A stretch of 28,718 nucleotides of DNA from an uncultured archaeon (lineage in GTDB: Archaea > Hadarchaeota > Hadarchaeia > Hadarchaeales > WYZ-LMO6): the NCBI GenBank assembly GCA_938074535.1, contig CALJER010000046.1:1-28718 (forward strand), in the 5' to 3' direction. A model generated the notes under the pieces. The model saw nothing but the letters and a program-made list of their open reading frames with translations. It had not been told where the DNA came from and ran no database searches. Of the stretch, positions 16,359 to 26,200 are shown in pieces (the stretch's first letter is position 1; the number at the start of each line of letters is the position of its first letter). Made by a program: the position numbers and the translations under genes.

Positions 16359-16753
16359 CTCCCGATGGGCTTTCCGCAGGGACAGGTGGAGGGGTGTCCC
16401 AGGGCCCTGCAGAGGGAGTCGACCAGGGAGGTGGAGGCCGAGAGCAGGCTGGAGGCCTCCCTGCAGGCCGTCCGGGGGTCGCAGCCCAGCACCCCCCAGA
16501 GGAGGAACTCCAGGATCCGGTGCTTCCGCAGGAGCTCCCTCCCCTCCCTCCTCCCGCGGGGGGTGAACTCCACGCCCCTGTAGGGCCTGTAGCGCAGGAG
16601 GCCCTTGGCGGCCAGCTTCCGGAGGGTCTGGGCGGCGGTGGCCGGCCTCACCCCCATCTCCCTCGCGAGGGCGACCGTCCCCACCTCCCTCCCCTCCTCC
16701 TCCTGCCTGCGGTAGAGGAAGAGCAGGTACCTGGCCTCCGTCTCGGTGAGCAT
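16343..16753 (-). CDS. DtxR/MntR-family transcriptional regulator
   Basis: YL..LY, LAREMGVRPATAAQTLRKLAAKGLLRYRPYRGVEFTPRG, RKHRILE, LGHPSTCPCGKPI. Confidence 0.9.
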   Translation of the reverse strand: MLTETEARYLLFLYRRQEEEGREVGTVALAREMGVRPATAAQTLRKLAAKGLLRYRPYRGVEFTPRGRREGRELLRKHRILEFLLWGVLGCDPRTACREASSLLSASTSLVDSLCRALGHPSTCPCGKPIGRCGGR

Positions 16754-16758
16754 TGGAT

Positions 16759-16781
16759 AAAGTTAGGTGGTATCTAAATTT
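16759..16781. promoter_or_regulatory. Imperfect palindrome, candidate DtxR/MntR-type operator
   Basis: AAAGTTAGGTGGTATCTAAATTT matches its reverse complement at 16 of 23 positions and has a TTAG...CTAA core. It lies between TTTAAA (16779-16784) and ATG 16753. Confidence 0.65.
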
Positions 16782-17070
16782 AAACTCGGGTAGAGCTCCA
16801 CTACCAGCCTCACAAAAACTCAGATCGGCCGCTGCTCCGGGTCCACCGATCTAGCGTGTGACCTCCTATCCCATCGGTGCTCGCTTCGGGGATGAACTCG
16901 GCCTCCGCATCGCTCTCTTCAGTCCACTATTTCTCCGTCAGCCCTTTGCCGCTGGAAGGCCATTCCTCACGAGCGCTCACGCTGCCAACCACTTCGACGA
17001 GTTTCGGGATGAAAACTGCCCCCGGGAACACTTTTCTTGAATTTAGAATGATTTCGCTGCCAAGAGGGCG

Positions 17071-17097
17071 GCTATTAATATACCTGGTATTTAAACA
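17071..17097 (+). promoter_or_regulatory. Candidate promoter(s) for the giant-protein transcript
   Basis: TATTAATATA and ATTTAAAC boxes in an AT-rich intergenic stretch. Confidence 0.5.
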
Positions 17098-17124
17098 ATG
17101 CTGATATAGACAGTTGACGGGAGG

Positions 17125-17256
17125 ATGATGAAGGCCCTGGACCTAGCGGAGCTGGATTCAGGTACTGCCGCCAGTGGCTGCGTCCCGGCGATGATTTGCC
17201 CTGGGTGCTCCGCTCTGCAAATCCCTTATGGGAGGGTCGAAGGGATGAGGAAATGA
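17125..17256 (+). CDS. Possible 43-aa upstream ORF with CxxC
   Basis: GGGAGG-ATG ATG, then MMKALDLAELDSGTAASGCVPAMICPGCSALQIPYGRVEGMRK-stop; begins ~30 bp after ATTTAAAC. Confidence 0.3.
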   Translation: MMKALDLAELDSGTAASGCVPAMICPGCSALQIPYGRVEGMRK

Positions 17257-17283
17257 GCGAGAAACTATTTTTGGGGGAGCTGG

Positions 17284-20200
17284 ATGGGTAGACCTCTGAG
17301 CGAGCGAGCCAGGGCCTTTGGCTCTTTAGCGGTAGTGGTTTCAGTTCTTGCCTCCACCATCCTCCCCCCCGTTGGGGCCACGGAAGACAACACTCCCCCA
17401 CCGTTCGCCTCCCTGATCTCCCCTCCCGACAACGCCGTCCTCCAGGAAAACCGCCCCGAGTTCATATGGACAAAGGTCGAGGATCCCAGCGGGGTCACCT
17501 ACACCCTGGTCATCGACAACGACCCCAACTGCGAGACCCCATGGCTGACGAAACCCGACCTGACCGAGAACACCTACCAGCTCGCGGACAGCGAGGCTTT
17601 GCCGAGCGGAAGGTGGTACTGGCGCGTTCGGACGAAGGACGGGGCCGGAAACGAGGGGGAGTGGTCCGACATCTGGAGTTTTTACCTGGATTCGCTTCCG
17701 CCCTCGGCCAGCTCCTGGAAGATCACGAAGATCATTAGAGGGGCTGAGAACCTTTTCGACTTCGGGGATGGGGAGTACACGAACGACAACACCCCGTTCA
17801 TCTCCGTGATCCTGACCGACGACGCCGTGGGTGTTAAGGAGAACATGGAGCTGCTGCTTGACGGGAATCTCGTATCGTACACTTACCATCCGGAAAACGG
17901 CCAACTTTGGCATCAGGTCCCTCCAGAAAATTCGCTCGCCGAGGGCGAGCACGTCGTGGAGCTGAGGGTCTGGGATGACTTCGGCAACCATGCACTGATC
18001 ACGCGCTCTTTCAGGGTGGACCGCACCCCCCCGGCGCGACCTCCGCTGCGCTCACCCCCGGATGATTCTTCAACAAACGACAACACCCCAACTTTCGGCT
18101 GGTTTGAGGTGATGGACCACCAGGTGAGCTACACCCTGGAAATCGACAACGAGCCCGGTTTCACCGATCCCTTCACCAAGCCGAACCTGGTCTCCTGCGA
18201 ATACACCCTTGCGGATGAGGAGGGGCTACCGGACGGTCTCTACTACTGGCGCGTCCGGGTGAGGGATGGGGCCGGGAACGAGAACGTGTCGGAGATCTGG
18301 AGGCTCACCATCGACACGGTTCCCCCCAGCCCCCCCATCCCCCTCTCACCGGAGAACGGAAAGATCATCGGGGAGAGCACTCCCCTCTTCCGGTGGAGCA
18401 GCGTCCAGGGAGCCGTGAGGTACAGGCTCCAGATCGACAACGACCCCGACTTCCCTTCGCCCGTCTACGACAACCAGGACCTCACCGAAAACTTTGACAA
18501 CTTTGCGGAGCACCCCGAGAACTCGCTCGCGGACGGGATCTGGTACTGGAGGGCGGGTTCGGTGGATGAGGTGGGAAACGTGGGCTGGTCTCCCGGCTGC
18601 CTGTTCATGGTGGACACCGCACCTCCCCCCGAGGCACCCATACCGCTCACGCCGATGAACAGCATCATCACCAACGACAGCACCCCGACCTTCAGGTGGA
18701 GGGGGGTCAGCGATCCCTCGGGCGTGAGGTACCAGCTCCACTATGCCAGGGACAACGCGTTTTCCGTCGACCTGGTAATCGTCGAAAACCTCCAGGACAA
18801 CACCTACACGCCCGCTTCCCCCCTGGTGGACGGCACCTACTACTGGAGGGTCAGGGCGGTCGACAACTTCGGCCATCCCGGTCCGATTTCCGCCACCTGG
18901 AACTTCACGGTCGACACCCACGTCACCGCCCCCGTGCTCAGGAGACCGGAAAACCTTTCCCTGGTCATCAACCGGGTGCCTGAGTTCGATTGGTGGGACG
19001 TGGTGGATGGGGCCGGCATCCGATTCTACAGGCTTGAGGTGGACAACGACCCGGATTTCGGCTCTCCTGAAGTGAGGGAAGAACTGACCCGCTCCGAATA
19101 CGTTGCGGAAAACCTGGGTGAGGGCATCTGGTACTGGCGCGTCTGGGTGAAGGACAACACCTACAACGAGAACGAGAACCTGGCGGGCAACGAAAACGTC
19201 TCGGAGACCTGGCAGTTCGAGGTGATCAGGGATGAGTGGGTAAACGCGGCTACCCTGCTATGGCCTCCGGACGGCGCGTGGCTCAACGAGAACAGGATCA
19301 CCTTCGACTGGACGGACGTGAGAGACAGGTTTGAACCCGTGAAGTATCGCTTCCAGCTTTTGACAGAGCAAGATATCGTGGTGGACTCCTTGTGGAGTCT
19401 TACTGTTTCTGAGTACACGGTGCCAGATTTGCTTGACGGTACCTACTACTGGCGCGTTTGGACTCGAGACGGCATAGGCAACCTGAACTGCTCTGAGGTG
19501 AGGAGCTTCACCATAGACACGAGGCCACCCTCTTCTGCGGCCGCACCCTACCACCCGCCGTATTACTACGCGGTGATAGTAGGGATTTCAGGGGTTTCTC
19601 GAAATCTCTACGCCACGGGTTACGAGAGCAACTTATACACGAATGGAGAGAGGGTGACGGGCGCTCCGGACGACAGCTACGCCTTCGTAACGATAGACGA
19701 CGAAAGTGAGAATTACTGGATATGCGGAAAGGGCTACCCAACCTACAAGGGTGCGATATCCTCCGTGAAAATAAAAGTCGAATACCGGGTCAGCTCACCT
19801 TTTGATGATGACTATCTCATCCTGTACCACTCGCACGGTTCTTCCTCCCGCAAATGGAGGCCCGAAGACACGAGCGACACGACGGTGGAGCTCGACGTCA
19901 CTGGAGATAGACTTTGGACCTGGCAAGACATAGGGAACCTCAGAGTTTACTTGGGGTATGAGAGCAAGGGTCCGGCGGACAACAAGAGCGTCTACGTCGA
20001 CGCCCTCTACATAGAGGTGACCTGGGGCGTGAAACAGTACGGAGAGAGCGACGCCAGCGATTTTTACGAGGTCCTGCTGGACTACCCGAACTGGAGCGCG
20101 GAAAGGATCGTAAAGCTGGTGGGACCGGATGCCACGGTTCAGAACGTCACGAGCGCCCTCCGTTCCTTCGCCACGTCCACCACGGAGGTCGACTTCGGAG

Positions 20201-23200
20201 ACGTTTTCCTCTTCTACTTCTCTGGCGGGGGGAGTCCGGAAACCATAGAGCTCTACGACGGCAGCCTGAGCGGGAGTGAGCTGAAGAATCATCTCGACAA
20301 CATTAGGTGCAGCACCAAAATAGTCATTGTAGACGCTGACAACAGTGGTGGATTCATCAGCACTTTCAGCTACCCCTACTATGCGATCGCGACCTCCGCC
20401 CGAGAAAACGAGTCCGCGATGGAGAGCGCTCCCTTCCAGCACTCGGTTTTCACCCACTACCTGATGGAAGGGCTCTTTGCAACCTACTATCCGCACGTGG
20501 GGCCGGCCGACGCGGATAACAACTTCAGGGTAACGGTCAACGAAGCCTTCGAGTACGCAAAAAATAGGACCGTGGAATACACCGGAGGGCAGCAGAACCC
20601 GCAGAAAGGCGGCGGCAAGCTCAACTCCATCATCGCAGGCTATTTCCCCCCCAAGCCGTACGAGCCTGTGGGCCTGCTCAACGACCCGACACCCACTTTT
20701 TCATGGACTGCATGCTCGGATCCCGCCGGGCTTACGTATGTGCTGGAAATAGATAACGATCCCGATTTTTCATCCCCGCTGTTCCGCTACGAAAACATAC
20801 CCAACTCCGTCGTTTACCGCTACATGCATTGGGAGAGCGGCTATTGGTGTTTCAAATCATCTTCCATTCTTTACCCCAGCTATCAGCCGCGGGAGCTTAG
20901 CATCCCGGTCATCGTGTACACCATTCCGGACGAGTTGAGAGCGGACGGAACTTACCACTGGAGGGTGAGGGCCGTTGACCTCTCGGGCACCGGCAACGAA
21001 GGGCCGTGGTCCGAAACCGAAAGCTTCACGCTGGACACCGTCCCGCCCGGGACCCCCACCCTGCTCCTGCCAGGAAACGGGGAGAACCTCAACGACAACA
21101 CCCCCACCTTCGGGTGGTCGAGCGTTGAGGAGGCAGCGGGGTACGTGCTCGAGTACGCCACCGACAGCTCCTTCACCCAGAACGTGCACACCATCTTCAC
21201 GGCCGAAAACTCCTACACCCCCCCTGCGGGGTCCGCGCTGGCGGACAACGTGTGGTACTGGCGCGTGCGTGCGAGGGACTCCGCCTGGAACTGGGGTCCG
21301 TGGTCCAGCACTTGGAGCTTCAGGATAGACACGGTGATAGCCTCGCCCTCGCTGCTCCTGCCGAGCAACGACTCCATAGTCAACACCTCCTCCCCGCTCT
21401 TCAAGTGGACCAGCGTCAGCGATCCGCTTGGCGTTAGGTACAGGCTGCAAATAGACAACGACGCCGACTTCTCCTCGCCGGTCTACGACAGCGAGAACCT
21501 GCACGAAAACCAGCATGTGCCTCCCCCGCTGCCGGACGACACCTACTACTGGAGGGTCGCGGCGATCGACGGTGCGGGCAACGTAGGCTGGTCGGGGATC
21601 TGGGTAGTTACCATCGATACGACCGCTCCCCCACCCCCGGAGCTGCTCGAGCCGGAGAACGACTCCTACACGAGCGACAACACTCCCCGCTTCAGGTGGA
21701 CGGTGCCGCTCGATCCCTCGGGGGTAACGTACGAGTTCTGGCTCGACAACGATCCCGATTGCTCATCACCCTTTTACGCAATCTCAGGCCTGACCGAGAA
21801 CGCTTTAACCCTGCCGGACGAGAACTCACTGCCTGATAACTCCTACTACTGGCGTGTCAGGGCAAGAGACAGCTGGGGTCATGTCGGCGAGTGGTCTGCC
21901 GCTTACAAGTTCACCGTCGATACCAGGCCGCCCGTCGAGGCCCCGCTCCTCGTCTCGCCTCCCTCGGGCGAAAACACGCGTGATGGCAAGCCAACCTTCC
22001 GGTGGTCCATTGTGGACGATGCCGCGAAGTATGAGATTTGGATCGACAACGATCAGGACTTCTCCTCTCCGGTGATCGTGGAGAACACACCGGCACTCAG
22101 CTACACCCCGCAAACCCCGCTGCCCGACGGCACGTACTACTGGCGCGTCAGGCCCATCGACGCGGCGGGCAACATCGGTACAAGCTGGTCGGATACCTGG
22201 TGGCTGAGGGTGGACAGCATCATCACGGCGCCGGCGCTGAGATCGCCCGCCGAGGGAGCCTGTGAAAACGATAACCGCCCGACCTTCAGCTGGTCGGCCG
22301 TGACGGATCCCTCAGGCCCCATCACCTACCGCCTCCAGATTTCCCGCAATCCCGAGTTCACGGAGGTGGTCTACGACAACGCGAACATAACGGACAACGG
22401 CATCAGGATCGAAAACGAGCTTCCCGAGAACACCTACTACTGGCGGGTCCGAGCCCGCGACAGCCTTGGAAACGAGAACTGGTCCGCAGGCAGGAACCTG
22501 ACCATCGACGTGACGCCGCCCAGCTCAGGCGTCACCGCGATATCCCCCTACTGGAGGAAAACTGTTCCCTTCACCATAGAGGCGGAGAATACTCCTGACC
22601 TCAGCGGGATCGAAAGCGTCGAGCTCTGGTACCGCTACTCCGATGACAACTGGAGCTGGGGCCCCTGGACCCTATTCGAGAACCCCAAGACGGAACCCCC
22701 CTGGTCCTGGGAGTTCACGGCCCCCAGCGGGGATGGATTTTATGAATTTTACTCTATAGCCAGGGACCGCGCTGGGAACACTGAACCTGTCCCGGGAGAA
22801 GCCGACTCAAGCTGTGGCGTGGACACCACCGCACCCGCCGCTCCCGTGCTGGTTTCCCCGGAGGGCGGAAGCCACCAGACCGATAACACGCCTCGCTTCG
22901 ATTGGCAACCCGTTCCCGACCTGAGCGGCGTCACCTACATCCTCTGGATCGACAACAGAGCTGACTTCAGCACCAGGCGGGAGTATGCAGGTCTGCTTTA
23001 CTCTGAGTTCACGATCCCGGACGGGGAAAACCTCCCAGAGAACCGCTACTACTGGCGCGTGCGTGCGGTCGATCAGGCTGGCAACGAGGGCGAATGGTCC
23101 GAAACGCGAGAGCTCGTCATCGACGTCACACCGCCCGACGAACCAGTTCTGCGAGCTCCAGAAAACGACTCGCCCTTCGAAAATCTCACCATAACCTTCC

Positions 23201-26200
23201 GGTGGGACGAAAGGGCGGATGAGTGGGCACCGAGCTTCGAAAGGTACATCATTCAAATCGCAGCGGACAGCGGCTTTGCATCGATCGAAAACGAGAACAC
23301 GGTCTCAGACAACTTTTACGTTTACACCTTCGCTTCGGAGAACACCTACTACTGGCGAGTCAGAGCGTTCGACAAGGCGGGGAACGCGAGCGGATGGTCG
23401 GGCACTTTTGTGATACGGAGCCACGTGAGAGCGCCGGAGCTGTACCTGCCCGAAAACGGTTCCTTCGTGGCGGACAACCGTCCGACCTTCACATGGTACA
23501 CCGTGATCGATCCAAGCCCCATCACCTACCGCCTCCAGGTCGACAACGATCCCGACTTCTCCTCGCCGGTCTACGACAACTCGGAGATAACCGAAAACAG
23601 TCTCATGCTGCCGGCTGAGAATGCCCTCTACGCCGCCGGCAGCTGGTACTGGAGGGTATCGGCTAGGGACGGCATCAATCCCGAGAACTGGTCGGAGGTA
23701 CGGCAGCTCACCTACGGGTCCATCGGAAAACCGATCCTCCGCGCCCCCGAAAACGGTGCAACGCTTCGGGACAACACCCCGGAGTTCAGGTGGGAAAATG
23801 GGGTGAACGCTTCCAAGCACAGGATCCTCGTGGACAACGATCCGGATCTGTCCTCTCCCATCGACAACGTTTTGGTTTGGTCCGATAGCTGGACAAAGGA
23901 CTTGCCCGGCTACCCTGAGGGCACCTACTACTGGAGCGTGTGGGCCATAGACGATATAGGCACGGAGAACGGAGCGGAGAACATTTGGCAGTTCACCATC
24001 AACATCTCCTTCACCGGCGGCCCGGCACCTTTGCTCGCCCCGGAGTACGACTCATGCACAAGCGACAACACGCCTTACTTCAGCTGGACTACGGCTGAGA
24101 ACGAAGCCGGTCCGGCAACGATCCGTTACCACCTGCAGGTCGACAACGATCCCGATTTCTCCTCGCCGATATACGATAACCCAAATATATCTGAGAACTT
24201 CGATAACTTCGACACCCACCCGGAGAACTCCCTGCCTGACGGTCTTTGGTACTGGAGGGTCCGGGCTGAGGACAATTACGGCAATGCAGGTCCTTGGTTC
24301 GTGAGCAGGTTCACCGTGGACACTGTCCCGCCGTCGCCGGTGTATCCGCAGTCACCCGTACTCGGCGGCTACGAGAACGATAGCTGCCCGACCTTCAGGT
24401 GGATTGGGGGGAGCGACGCAAACTTCCTTGCCTACCGGCTGATCGTAGACAACGATCCCGATTTCTCCTCGCCGCTTTACGACAACGACAACATCAGAAC
24501 CACTCGGCACAGGCTGCCCCAGGAGAACTGTCTGGATGCCCCCGGAATCTGGTACTGGCGCGTCTCGGCTACGGACCGGGCGGGTAACGCGCGGCGGTCG
24601 GACAACTGGTTTTTCATCTTCGACAACGTTGCCCCCTCAGCCCCGACGCTGCTCTCGCCCGAAAACAACGCGTTTGAGAACACGGGCAGGCTCATCTTCA
24701 GGTGGACCGAGCCGGAGGAATTTGAGAACTACAAGCTGCAGATCGCAAGAGACAACGAGTTCGCGTCACTTGTGCTGACCAAGGCCAACCTGACCGACAA
24801 CGCCTACGTGCTGGCCGAGAACGAAGCCCTTGTGGACGGCACCTACTACTGGCGGGTTCTGGCTTACGATCGAGCCAAGAACGCCAGCACCTGGTCGGAC
24901 AGTTTCAAGCTCACCGTAGATACCCAAGCGCCACCCGCGCCCTCCCTGCTCTCTCCGGAGAACCGTATCTACGACAACAACGCAACGCAGACCTTCAGGT
25001 GGGAGAGGTGCGAGGACCCGGCCGGTTTCGAGAACTACACCATCCAGATCGCAAGGGATCCCGGATTCAGCGAGATATACCACGAAAACTCTTCGGTCAC
25101 CGAAAACTCCTACACCCACACCTTCGCGGAGAACGGCGTCTTCTACTGGCGCGTGCGGGCGAAGGACAAAGCCAGGAACGCCGGCCCCTGGTCTGATGCC
25201 CGGTGGCTCGTCGTCGACACGGCGATACCCGGTGCACCGAGGCTCGTGGCACCGGAGGACAACAAGCATCTCAGCACGAGCACACCCACCTTCGACTGGG
25301 ATCCCGTGTCGGACCTCAGCGGCGTGACCTACATTCTGGAGATCGACGACGATCCCAACTTCGCGAGCCCGCTCCGGATATCGGGCATCGTGGCGTCACA
25401 GTACACCCTCCCCGCAGACAACGCACTCATCGACAACACCTACTACTGGCGGGTCCAGGCGCGCGACAAGGCGGGCAACTTCGGGGAATGGAGCGAGGTC
25501 TTCAAGCTCGTGATAGACACCGTCGTAGGGAAACCCATTCTCCTTGCGCCGGAGAACAACTCCCTCATGAAAGAGAACAAACCCTACTTCCGCTGGACCG
25601 CGGTCACCGACGAGGGCGTCACCTACAGACTCAGAATCGACAACGATCCGGATCTTCTCTCCCCGGTTTATGATAACCCGAGCCTGACGGAAAACTTCGA
25701 CAACTTTGCCGATCACCCGGAGGACGCTCTGCCCGATGGCATCTGGTACTGGCGGGTCACGGCGAGGGACGCGGCAGGCAACGAGAACTCCTCGGGTATC
25801 TTCCGCTTCATGGTAGACACGGAGGTTGGCACACCGTCCCTCTACTCGCCGGATGAAAATGCCTTCATCAAAGACAACACCCCCTTCCTCGACTGGCAGA
25901 GGCTTCTGGACATGAGCGACCTCATCTATGAGCTGCAGGTGGACAACGACCCTGACTTCTCCTCGCCCGTCTACAGCCTGAGGGGGCTTACTTTGTCAGA
26001 GCACGAGCTCGAGAACGAGCTTCCCGACGGCACCTATTACTGGCGCGTGCGCGCTATCGATGGCGCGGGCAACGAGGGCCAGTGGAGCGAGAAGCGGAAG
26101 TTCACAGTGGATACGGTGGAGCCCTCAGCACCAGTGCTGTACAGCCCCCCCGACGGCGCGTTTGAAAACGAAGGGACGCCGACCTTCCGGTGGTACACGG

